From IMG/VR virus record IMGVR_UViG_3300007539_009079: 20,000 bases of DNA. One strand, given 5' to 3'. Shown one piece after another: positions 1 through 12,231 of the stretch. The first letter of the stretch is position 1. Every line of letters starts with the position of its first letter. The notes beneath the pieces were generated by a model. The model had not been told where the DNA came from and ran no database searches. It saw nothing but the letters and a program-made list of their open reading frames with translations. The stretch comes from an uncultured virus (IMG/VR IMGVR_UViG_3300007539_009079) (lineage: Duplodnaviria > Heunggongvirae > Uroviricota > Caudoviricetes). Both the position numbers and the translations under genes were made by a program.

Positions 1-2967
1 AGCGATACTATATTGGTAGAAAATAATGATGGCAAGTTGTTCAATATCGAATCAACTGGTAGTGTAGGAGTTAATTTAGCATTGATAAATGGAATAGATG
101 TAAAAATAAAAGATCCTAATCCTACATTTTCTCCATCAAAAGCGCATGAAGTTTTGCTCAAGACTGGAGATGGAACAGCATTTCATACATTACATGTTGG
201 AGGAACTTTTGGTGTAGAAGCAAATTCAATATTCAATGGCAATGAAATGAGAATCAATTCCAATGTTGTACAACAAAATGGAAATACAACTGTTATGATG
301 ATGGACACTCATGGTGAAGGTTATGCTATTTTTGGATTGGGTGAAAATGTTACTGAATTTGCAGGAACAAATTTGTGGATAACATATCCTGGTAATGATA
401 GACAAGGATATGCATATATGGGAATGGGTGATATTGAATTTAATGCAGGTCCTGGCAATGAATATTTGAATTATAGACCAGAAAGATGGGCTATTGAATT
501 TAATCAATACAATAGCAATATGCTTTTTTCTGGAAAATTAACAGTAAATAATAATGCTCAATTTAACGATAATGTACACATAAAAGATAATATCACTTCA
601 AACGGTAACATGACAGTTGATGGTGTGGTTTCATTGGCTGATGGAAGTGTTTATTTTGAATCTACTGGACCGCAAACATCGGATGGAAATTTTATTCTTA
701 AACATCCTACGACTTTTTTAGATACTGTGAGCATTGAAGGTCCTATTGCTACCGCAGAAATGAGTATTGGAGGAGATTTAGAAGTTTCAGGTAATGTTGT
801 CATTCAACCTCCCGGTCCTTTACATGTAAATGTTTATAGTTTTTTTATAAATGATGCTGTTTTTAGGGATAATGTAACTATTGATGATAATCTGTTGACT
901 AGAAAAGATGCAACTTTTACTCGAAATGTTAATTTTAGTAATGCATTATCTACAGTTACTTATAAAGGTGATTTGGACTATGATGGATTAAATGTTCACA
1001 TTACTAATGTATTATCAAATACTTTTGTGAAAGGTACAAGTAATTTTATTGGCAATACACGTTTTTTTGCTGAAAATGTTTATATTAATAGTACAACATC
1101 AAACACATTTACCAGAGGAAATTTTAATGTTGAAGGAAATGTTGCATTAAATGGATCAAACACTGAAATAACATCTAATACAAATATCACACAAGGATAT
1201 TTTTATGTACAAAATACTGTAAGCCTTGTAAGCACTGATAATAGTGGTGAAATAGCCATAACCATTTCTAAAGAACTTGATGAAGATTCTGGAGATACCT
1301 ATGGTAACACATGGATTACAGGAGTTTTAACAAATTATGGAAATACACATGTTACAAATAACCTTAGTGTTGCGGGAACTACAACACTAACCGGTAATTT
1401 GAATATGGCAAATAATGATATTAATGCAAATAATATAGTTATTGAACATCATGCTACTGTAAAAGGTAATTTAAATGTGTCTGAAGGAGACATATTAGGC
1501 AGTGATGATATGACTTTGAAAAATCATTTAACAATTGAAAATGGTAGATTGACGGTGAGTAATTCCTCCTCTAATAATTATTTTGCTGGAGATGTATTTG
1601 TTGGAGGTGATTCTACTATAATAGGAACATTGTATGTTAACGATGGTGATATAGTTGGTGATGTTAATCTAGATTTACAAGGAAACCTAGATTTGGAAGG
1701 TTTTATTGATTCTCATGAACAAATTCAAACTGATTCCTATTTTCATAGTAAAGGCGTTGGACCTGCAAATAAAAATAGAATAGGTTTGGATACTTTGATT
1801 GTAACAGGTAATGCATTGAGTAAGCATTTATATTCAAATACATGGATTACAGGTAATACCCGAATATCGAAAGATTTAACGGTCAATCAAAAATTATTTG
1901 TTGGGCAGAAGGTGACTTTTAATGATGATTTAAAAGTTCAAGATGTAGAGTGTGCGAACTTAAATGCTACTGGTACATTTACATTAAAAGGTAATGTTAT
2001 TGCAAATGGTGTGCAAGTTACCACTCATAATATTGATATTGACAGAGGAAAATTAATTGTTTCAGATACAGCAGCAATTTCTAATTTTAAGGGTCACTTA
2101 TTAGTAAATGGAAATACTGATATTGGTGGCCATATTAATCAAACAAGCAATCTTCATAAATTAAATTTAAAGGGTGATACGGTCAGTGAAGGTAGTGCAA
2201 AATTTAAAAAATTCATCAATACCGAATCAACCATAATGAGTAGCGGTATTTTAACAGTCAAAGGTACAGGTGTAACTAAAATTGGAGGCACTGGAGGCAC
2301 TTTTCAGGTGCATCCAGACAACACTTCAAACACTGATGGATTAATAACTTCCGATGCTGACCATTGGGTTCAACATGACCTCTATGTGGCAGGTAATGTT
2401 AAAATTAAAGGTACTATAGATGCTGCCTCCGTGAATTATAGTTCAGTGACATCATCTGGTAATCAAACAACAACTGGATACAATTCAGCAAAATATTTTA
2501 CAGCTACTGGAACAGCATATGGTGAAAATCTTTCTCGTTTTTATGAACTTGCAGCTCATAAATTAATTGTTAATACATCTGTTACTACTGCGACTGCCAG
2601 TGTAACAGGTAATATGAATGTAGATGGTGATTTTTCAGCTAATACAAGTAAATCTGCAATTTTAGGATCGACATCGGTAAGATCATTGAATTTAAATTCA
2701 GGTAATATAACTTCAGTTAACCAAATTTCTGTATCTACGGTTTCGGTTTCATCTGGCGGATCAAGTACATTGAGAGATGCTACAATAGAAGAATTAGATG
2801 TTTCAGAAAGATCAAGAATAAAAGATTTATATGTCAATGGTGATTGTCATGTCACGGGTGAGATAGGAGCAGGAACTGGTACAACTGGTTTAATAAATTG
2901 TGCATTGCCGGTTTATGACTCTGGTGGACAGCTGTTAAATACGATATCAATATCAATTCCTAGTTAA
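1..2967 (+). CDS. Long beta-rich fibre/structural protein, 5'-truncated, in the T4 wac/fibritin position
   Basis: Frame 1 is open from base 1, so the true start is probably upstream and the TTG at 13 is likely not real. Asn/Gly/Thr/Val-rich with many G-x-L-x-V-x-G type repeats (GDLEVSGN, GNFNVEGN, GNMNVDGD). Lies directly upstream of gp13. Confidence 0.7.
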   Translation, partial: SDTILVENNDGKLFNIESTGSVGVNLALINGIDVKIKDPNPTFSPSKAHEVLLKTGDGTAFHTLHVGGTFGVEANSIFNGNEMRINSNVVQQNGNTTVMMMDTHGEGYAIFGLGENVTEFAGTNLWITYPGNDRQGYAYMGMGDIEFNAGPGNEYLNYRPERWAIEFNQYNSNMLFSGKLTVNNNAQFNDNVHIKDNITSNGNMTVDGVVSLADGSVYFESTGPQTSDGNFILKHPTTFLDTVSIEGPIATAEMSIGGDLEVSGNVVIQPPGPLHVNVYSFFINDAVFRDNVTIDDNLLTRKDATFTRNVNFSNALSTVTYKGDLDYDGLNVHITNVLSNTFVKGTSNFIGNTRFFAENVYINSTTSNTFTRGNFNVEGNVALNGSNTEITSNTNITQGYFYVQNTVSLVSTDNSGEIAITISKELDEDSGDTYGNTWITGVLTNYGNTHVTNNLSVAGTTTLTGNLNMANNDINANNIVIEHHATVKGNLNVSEGDILGSDDMTLKNHLTIENGRLTVSNSSSNNYFAGDVFVGGDSTIIGTLYVNDGDIVGDVNLDLQGNLDLEGFIDSHEQIQTDSYFHSKGVGPANKNRIGLDTLIVTGNALSKHLYSNTWITGNTRISKDLTVNQKLFVGQKVTFNDDLKVQDVECANLNATGTFTLKGNVIANGVQVTTHNIDIDRGKLIVSDTAAISNFKGHLLVNGNTDIGGHINQTSNLHKLNLKGDTVSEGSAKFKKFINTESTIMSSGILTVKGTGVTKIGGTGGTFQVHPDNTSNTDGLITSDADHWVQHDLYVAGNVKIKGTIDAASVNYSSVTSSGNQTTTGYNSAKYFTATGTAYGENLSRFYELAAHKLIVNTSVTTATASVTGNMNVDGDFSANTSKSAILGSTSVRSLNLNSGNITSVNQISVSTVSVSSGGSSTLRDATIEELDVSERSRIKDLYVNGDCHVTGEIGAGTGTTGLINCALPVYDSGGQLLNTISISIPS

Positions 2968-2981
2968 TAATTTAGGTTTAA

Positions 2982-3986
2982 ATGTCTCGACCAACATCAA
3001 GAGAAGAACTTAAACAATATTGTTTAAGAACTTTAGGAAAACCAGTAATCGAAATAAATGTTGATGATGATCAACTTGAGGATAGAATAGATGAAGGATT
3101 GCAATTTTTTCAAGAATATCATTTTGATGGAGTTGAAAAAATTTACCATAGACATAGAATTACGGGTTCAACTTTAACTTTAGATACCATTTCTGGTAAT
3201 TTTGAAAATGGCGAAATAATCGAAGGTTCTACTTCAAAGGCAAAGGCAAAAGTAGTCTCCTCAAATAATTCCATTATAACATTTAAAGATCATAAAGATT
3301 CGACAGGTATATCAAATAATAATACCTCATCATCTTTTACAAATGGTGAAACAATATCTGGTTTAAAATCAGGCGCCACAGCGATTACACCTAGTGATGG
3401 TGATGTTGTTGTTTTTGGTGATATTGACAATAGGTTTATACCTTTAAGTGATGCTATAATAGGTGTTATTTCTATTTTTGATATACAAAATGTAAGTGGA
3501 CAAACATCAAGTGACATGTTTTCATTTAGATATCAATTTCACCTGAATGAATTGCCATATTTAACTGCTGGTTCTATAATTAATTATTCAATGTCAATGC
3601 AACACATTCAACTATTGAATGATATTTTTGTCGGAAAGAAACCTATTAGGTTTAATAGATTACAAAATAGATTATATGTTGACATGGATTGGGCTAATGA
3701 TATTGATGTTGATGAATATATTATTGTTGAAGCATTTAGAATATTAGATGCTTCAAAGTATGCTGATGTTTATAATGATATGTTTGTAAAAAGATATATT
3801 ACAGCATTATTTAAAAAGCAATGGGGGTCCAATTTAATAAAATATCAAGGAGTGTCATTACCAGGAGGAATAACATTAGATGGTAGACAATTATACGATG
3901 ATGCTATAAATGAGATCAGAGAAATAGAAGAACAAGTACAAAGTAAATTTCAGTTACCAATTGACTTTATGGTAGGACCAGGTTAA
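2982..3986 (+). CDS. gp13: Neck protein / head-tail adaptor, T4 gp13-like
   Basis: N-terminal SREELKQYCLRTLGKPVIEINVDDDQLEDRIDEGLQFFQEYHFDG; C-terminal KKQWGSNLIKYQGVSLPGGITLDG; synteny. Confidence 0.95.
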   Translation: MSRPTSREELKQYCLRTLGKPVIEINVDDDQLEDRIDEGLQFFQEYHFDGVEKIYHRHRITGSTLTLDTISGNFENGEIIEGSTSKAKAKVVSSNNSIITFKDHKDSTGISNNNTSSSFTNGETISGLKSGATAITPSDGDVVVFGDIDNRFIPLSDAIIGVISIFDIQNVSGQTSSDMFSFRYQFHLNELPYLTAGSIINYSMSMQHIQLLNDIFVGKKPIRFNRLQNRLYVDMDWANDIDVDEYIIVEAFRILDASKYADVYNDMFVKRYITALFKKQWGSNLIKYQGVSLPGGITLDGRQLYDDAINEIREIEEQVQSKFQLPIDFMVGPG

Positions 3987-6502
3987 TGCCTACAAATCCT
4001 TATTTCAATCATTTTCAAAATACAGCAGAACAAAATTTACATCAAGATTTAATTATCGAATCGATAAAAAATTTTGGAATTGATGTATACTACTTACCTA
4101 GAACTTTAGTTAATTTAGATAATTTATATTTAGAAGATACGATATCTTCATTCAGCAATGCACATCTTATTGAAATGTATGTTAAATCGGTTGAAGGTTT
4201 TGAAGGTGATGGTGATTTTATTTCTAGATTCGGTTTAGAAATTCGTGATCAAGTTACTTTTTCGGTTGCAAGAAGAAGATGGGATAATTTAGAAATTTTA
4301 GATTATGTTCGTCCTAAAGAAGGAGATTTAATATTTTTTCCATTGAATAAAAAATTATATGAAATTAAATTTGTAGAACATGAATCAGTTTTTTATCAAT
4401 TTGGAAAATTACCCATATATGATTTGACTTGTGAATTATTTCAATATGATGATCAAGCAATTGACACTGGAATTGATGATATTGATAGTATTGAGGAACG
4501 ATATTCCTATACATTAGAATATAAATATGCCATCGGAAATACTGCAATAATCAGTCCTGTATTAACGGATTATAGTATAACAAGAGTTAATTTTATAGAT
4601 AAAGGATCCGGCTACTTCAGCATTCCTAATATTTCCATATCAGATCCAGATTTATCTCCAACTGCCGCACAATTAACGCCTGTTATAAACAATAAGAGTT
4701 TACAGGAATTAACTGTAACGAATTACGGTGTATACTATACTGAAAATCCTATTATTACCATAAGCAGTCCGGGAGATTCTGTTAATGCTACGGCAACATC
4801 GAACATAACTTCTAATGCAGTTTCTGAGGTTGAAATTGTTAATTCGGGAAGTTTTTATAATGTTGCGCCAATAATTACTGTCGATCAACCAACCGCTCCG
4901 TACGTTACTGCAACGGCAGTTGCATCTTTATCTACCAATACAATTTCAGGAATATCATATATTTCATCTATTACTATGAATGAAGTTGGAACATATTATA
5001 CAGATGTTCCTAATGTGACAATAGAGGATACAATATCGTTACCTGATAATTGGACGACTGATAGTAAATTCGGAAATTATTCATATCAATTAGGTAAATC
5101 GGATAATTCAGATTTTAATTTAAAACTTTTTAGAAGTGATTATGATTCATCATTAAATTATGGTGGAAGTTTTTCTTTTTGGTTTAAATATGATCAAAAT
5201 TTACATGTCGATTCTGGTATATCTGATGTTAATATATTTGAGTTTAAAAATAATAGTTTCACACAGAGTGTAATATCTATATTTGATAATACAGGAGTAA
5301 TTAAATTCACAACTTATGATACATCTTTAACATCATATCATTTTCCTACATGTCCTAGTACAAGTATTTTAGATGGAAACTGGCATTTTTTACAATTCAT
5401 AAAAAGTCGAAATGGTTTCAGCAGTTCTAATTTAAAAATAATAGTGGATGGTTCTGAAATTGTTAACTATTTAGCACCTTTTAATGGTGTATGGACCGAA
5501 GAATGGTTTACAAATTACAATACATCATCAGGTGATGGTGGGATAGTAATAAAAAATGCAACTTCTAAAGGATTTTTAATAGATGATATCTATTATGATG
5601 GTGTTAATTTTAGCACATTATCAATTCCAAATACTACTAGAAGTTATCACATAGATGATGTTGATAATTATAGAATAAATTATGAGGGGTTTGACAAAAA
5701 AGAAGTTAGCTTAACACCAGTTGTGAGTAATGGAAGAATTACCTCAATGATTATCAATGATTCTGGAGAATATTATGCAACTGTTCCTGCAATTACTATT
5801 GAAACATCAACTGGAACAAAAGTCGATTTCACATCACAGGTTGTTGCTACAATAAACGATGGATATGTTGATACTATGACTATTGTTGATTCTGGAGATT
5901 TTTATCAAAGTATTCCAAATATATCAATTGAATCTCCTACCGGAACTTACGATGATTTTTCAAATATTAATGCAACAGCGACAGCAACATATAATTCAGA
6001 TAAAGGAATTATTGATAATATTACCATAACAAATCCCGGTAAATTTTATTATACAACTCCTACAGTAACAGTTTCGGATCCAACAGGCATTGCTCAAGAT
6101 TATAGAGCATCAATGACAGCGAGTTTAAATGCGGACGGATCAATAAAATCAATAGATATTGATGATAGAGGATACGGATATTCAATTACACCTACAATTA
6201 CAATTGATGCTCCCCTATCAGGAATATCAAAAGGAGATGTTGTTATTGGAAATGATTCGAATGTAAAAGGAGAAGTTTCTTTAAGAGATTCTACAAAAAT
6301 TCAAATAATTAATTCGGGCGGTTCTTTCAATGATAACGAATTTATTAAGACAAGTACCGGACATGGATTGAGGGTTTATGATCAATCAGATGATCAAAAT
6401 TTTATAACAGATAATATGGCACAAAATCAAGAAATAGAAAAAGAAGCAGATTCTATCATAGATTTTTCAGAAACAAATCCTTTTAGTGAATCAAATTATT
6501 AA
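3986..6502 (+). CDS. gp14: Neck/head-closure protein, T4 gp14-like, with a large internal insertion (838 aa)
   Basis: N-terminal EQNLHQDLIIESIK, YYLPR, GFEGDGDFISRFG and RPKEGDLIFFP; C-terminal IIDFSETNPF; TAATG coupling to gp13. Confidence 0.93.
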   Translation: MPTNPYFNHFQNTAEQNLHQDLIIESIKNFGIDVYYLPRTLVNLDNLYLEDTISSFSNAHLIEMYVKSVEGFEGDGDFISRFGLEIRDQVTFSVARRRWDNLEILDYVRPKEGDLIFFPLNKKLYEIKFVEHESVFYQFGKLPIYDLTCELFQYDDQAIDTGIDDIDSIEERYSYTLEYKYAIGNTAIISPVLTDYSITRVNFIDKGSGYFSIPNISISDPDLSPTAAQLTPVINNKSLQELTVTNYGVYYTENPIITISSPGDSVNATATSNITSNAVSEVEIVNSGSFYNVAPIITVDQPTAPYVTATAVASLSTNTISGISYISSITMNEVGTYYTDVPNVTIEDTISLPDNWTTDSKFGNYSYQLGKSDNSDFNLKLFRSDYDSSLNYGGSFSFWFKYDQNLHVDSGISDVNIFEFKNNSFTQSVISIFDNTGVIKFTTYDTSLTSYHFPTCPSTSILDGNWHFLQFIKSRNGFSSSNLKIIVDGSEIVNYLAPFNGVWTEEWFTNYNTSSGDGGIVIKNATSKGFLIDDIYYDGVNFSTLSIPNTTRSYHIDDVDNYRINYEGFDKKEVSLTPVVSNGRITSMIINDSGEYYATVPAITIETSTGTKVDFTSQVVATINDGYVDTMTIVDSGDFYQSIPNISIESPTGTYDDFSNINATATATYNSDKGIIDNITITNPGKFYYTTPTVTVSDPTGIAQDYRASMTASLNADGSIKSIDIDDRGYGYSITPTITIDAPLSGISKGDVVIGNDSNVKGEVSLRDSTKIQIINSGGSFNDNEFIKTSTGHGLRVYDQSDDQNFITDNMAQNQEIEKEADSIIDFSETNPFSESNY

Positions 6503-6852
6503 GATTTAGTTGACTCTCCAATTACAGTGATCATTCCATTTACAATTTTTTCAACAGTAATATTATCCGATTGCGTATATTCTACATCATAAATATATAA
6601 TCCTGGTTCCATAATTGAAGTGTTGCTTGCGGCTGCGGATATTTTAACATTGCTACCACTTATTTCGGTAGTAAATGTTAAAATATGAGAAGAATTTGTA
6701 GTGGTGTGATTTTTTCTCATTTGTGAGGCGCATGTACCTGAAGATAATGTTACAGAAAAATCATTCTTATCTTTTGCGGTAAACGTTTTTTCAAACGTTG
6801 CCCCTTGATACATTGTTAAATTTTGTCCTTGAGTTTTAATTGATATTGTCAT
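6499..6852 (-). CDS. Small beta-sandwich virion-type protein (LtfC/BppU-like), 117 aa
   Basis: Pattern NLTMYQGATF...SQMRK...GLYIYDVE...IVNGMITV, typical of small phage beta-sandwich adaptors. ATG at 6852 is preferred over 6885 because TATAAATA lies 5 nt upstream of it. Confidence 0.7.
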   Translation of the reverse strand: MTISIKTQGQNLTMYQGATFEKTFTAKDKNDFSVTLSSGTCASQMRKNHTTTNSSHILTFTTEISGSNVKISAAASNTSIMEPGLYIYDVEYTQSDNITVEKIVNGMITVIGESTKS

Positions 6853-6857
6853 GTAAC

Positions 6858-6865
6858 TATTTATA
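6858..6865 (-). promoter_or_regulatory. T4-type (gp55-dependent) late promoter TATAAATA
   Basis: The + strand reads tatttata, a perfect consensus on the - strand, 5 nt upstream of ATG 6852. Confidence 0.75.
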
Positions 6866-6867
6866 AA

Positions 6868-6875
6868 ACTAAATA
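6868..6875 (+). promoter_or_regulatory. Putative late promoter variant ACTAAATA for gp15
   Basis: TAAATA core in the short intergenic region, followed by SD-like GGAG (6896-6899) and ATG 6904. Confidence 0.5.
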
Positions 6876-6903
6876 ATACAAACATGCAAAAATATGGAGA
6901 AAA

Positions 6904-7824
6904 ATGTTAGGTCAAACTTTTTATCATCAAACAATTAGAAAGTATGTTGCATTATTTGGAACTTTGTTTAATGATATCAGTATACAAAAAAGAAATTCTA
7001 GTGGCGAATTATTGTCAAAAATAAAAGTCCCTATTGCATATGGACCGAAACAAAAATTTTTGAACAGAATACAAAATGATCCTAATTTAGATCAACAAAT
7101 ATCGATAAAATTACCTAGAATTGGTTTTGAAATGTCTGGAATAAATTATGATCCAGAAAGAAAATTAAATCCTATTGGTAAAATAATAAAAAAAGATTAT
7201 GATAATGGAAATAAAATTTTAAGAACATTATATAATCCAAATCCTTATACTATTGATTTTAGTTTGTTTTCATTTGTAGATAATGCTGAAGATGGTACAC
7301 AAATTTTAGAACAAATTTTACCTTATTTTACTCCTGAATTTACTGTTAGTGTTAACATTATAACTGAAATGGGTTTAAAATTAGATGTTCCCATAGTCTT
7401 AAATTCGGCATCCGTTGAGGATGATTATTCTGGTGATTTTTTACAAAGAAGAGCAATTATATGGACTCTAGAATTTACTATGAAAGGATTTCTATATCCA
7501 GAAGTCAAATCTTCAGATAAAATTATTAAATCCATATCAGTTAATTTTAGAAATATGGATCAAGAAACTACTGAAAAATCTATTTTGAATTATTTTAATT
7601 TAGAAGAATCAAATAATTATAATAATGTTAAATTTAAGCTAGAAAATGATGATTTATTTTTATTCGAAGATAGTGATGAAAAACTATCTGGAAAAAATAT
7701 TATAAGTAATATTGATATTGTTCCTTATGGTGAAACAAATGATAAGACGAACAATATTAAAAAATTAACTATTTTTAATCCATCAGCATCATATGATGCT
7801 GATACAAATGAATTTGAACAATGA
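6904..7824 (+). CDS. gp15: Tail sheath stabiliser / tail terminator, T4 gp15-like
   Basis: FYHQTIRKYVALFGTLFNDI, KVPIAYGPKQKF, LPRIGFE, QILEQILPYFTP, IWTLEF; synteny. Confidence 0.95.
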   Translation: MLGQTFYHQTIRKYVALFGTLFNDISIQKRNSSGELLSKIKVPIAYGPKQKFLNRIQNDPNLDQQISIKLPRIGFEMSGINYDPERKLNPIGKIIKKDYDNGNKILRTLYNPNPYTIDFSLFSFVDNAEDGTQILEQILPYFTPEFTVSVNIITEMGLKLDVPIVLNSASVEDDYSGDFLQRRAIIWTLEFTMKGFLYPEVKSSDKIIKSISVNFRNMDQETTEKSILNYFNLEESNNYNNVKFKLENDDLFLFEDSDEKLSGKNIISNIDIVPYGETNDKTNNIKKLTIFNPSASYDADTNEFEQ

Positions 7825-8165
7825 AAATATTTTTATTATTATTTTTAATTTTGTTTTTGTCTGGATGTACAAAAACACCAAAGAAAAAAAATTATCCATG
7901 GGATTCATCAATAATACAATATGCAATGATTAGTTGCAATAAAAGCATAAGAGAAGTATATGATAAAAAATTGAAAAATGAAGGTAAAATATGGAGCAAT
8001 AGTAAATCAATGAAATATTGTAATTGCTCGGTTAATGAATTAAGAACGATGATAAACCATGATGAATTTTTAATTAAAATGCGAGAAAAAAAACTAGGAT
8101 CTGAATTAAAAAAATCTGGAGATGTTTGTAAATCATTACATGGTAATTGGTATGAGGAAAAATGA
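7821..8165 (+). CDS. Putative lipoprotein, 114 aa
   Basis: MK, hydrophobic IFLLLFLILF, then lipobox LSGC (Cys16). Four further Cys (C...CxC...C). ATGA overlaps with both neighbours. Confidence 0.75.
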   Translation: MKIFLLLFLILFLSGCTKTPKKKNYPWDSSIIQYAMISCNKSIREVYDKKLKNEGKIWSNSKSMKYCNCSVNELRTMINHDEFLIKMREKKLGSELKKSGDVCKSLHGNWYEEK

Positions 8166-8566
8166 AAGATCTTCCAAATAAATTAGACGAACTATTAGAT
8201 ATTTCTAATAATGTGCAGTTGATAAAAGACCCTATAGAGAGAATTGAGGTTAAGACGGATGAACATGATGTGGATAATGATTACAAATATGCCAGAGATA
8301 ATTATTATAATATAATAGAGCGAGGTCATGATGCCATTGATGAATTGATGCAGGAGGCAAAGGATAGTGGAAATGCTAGAATGTATGAAGTTCTTGGTCA
8401 ATTAATAAAAACGGTTGGAGAACAAAACCAAAGTTTGTTGAACATGCACAGGCAAATGAAAGACATAAAGCAAGAAGTTAAAAAAGGACCAAACAATGTA
8501 ACAAATGCTTTGTTCATAGGAAGTACAGCGGAGTTACAGAAAATGTTAAAGGAAAAGGAAAAGTAA
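8162..8566 (+). CDS. gp16: Terminase small subunit, T4 gp16-like
   Basis: DYKYARDNYYNIIERG, ARMYEVLGQLIK and NALFIGSTAELQKMLK; synteny. Confidence 0.93.
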   Translation: MKDLPNKLDELLDISNNVQLIKDPIERIEVKTDEHDVDNDYKYARDNYYNIIERGHDAIDELMQEAKDSGNARMYEVLGQLIKTVGEQNQSLLNMHRQMKDIKQEVKKGPNNVTNALFIGSTAELQKMLKEKEK

Positions 8567-12131
<3,565 letters not shown>

Positions 12132-12138
12132 AATAAAA

Positions 12139-12146
12139 TATTTATA
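12139..12146 (-). promoter_or_regulatory. T4-type late promoter TATAAATA for the HNH gene
   Basis: The + strand reads tatttata; perfect consensus 7 nt upstream of ATG 12131. Confidence 0.7.
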
Positions 12147-12150
12147 TTAA

Positions 12151-12192
12151 GATAAATAAATGACCATTTTAAAAATGATATTTTCATAAATA
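12151..12192 (+). promoter_or_regulatory. Two putative late promoters for gp18: GATAAATA (12151-12158) and CATAAATA (12185-12192)
   Basis: NATAAATA motifs in the intergenic region upstream of SD AGGAG (12222-12226) and ATG 12232. Confidence 0.6.
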
Positions 12193-12231
12193 TATTCAGT
12201 TAGCATTTAACAATATATACTAGGAGAAAGT

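Noticed and set aside
4520..4527. Perfect TATAAATA inside gp14 at the start of the insertion
   Set aside because: Several chance matches are expected in such AT-rich DNA, and there is no nearby downstream start codon with an SD.
6853..6885. Longer start for the antisense ORF (ATG 6885)
   Set aside because: The extension runs through the TATAAATA box and overlaps the putative gp15 promoter. ATG 6852 fits better.
12165..12177. Short palindrome CATTTT-A-AAAATG upstream of gp18, a possible operator
   Set aside because: Only 6-bp AT-rich arms, and no second copy was noticed.
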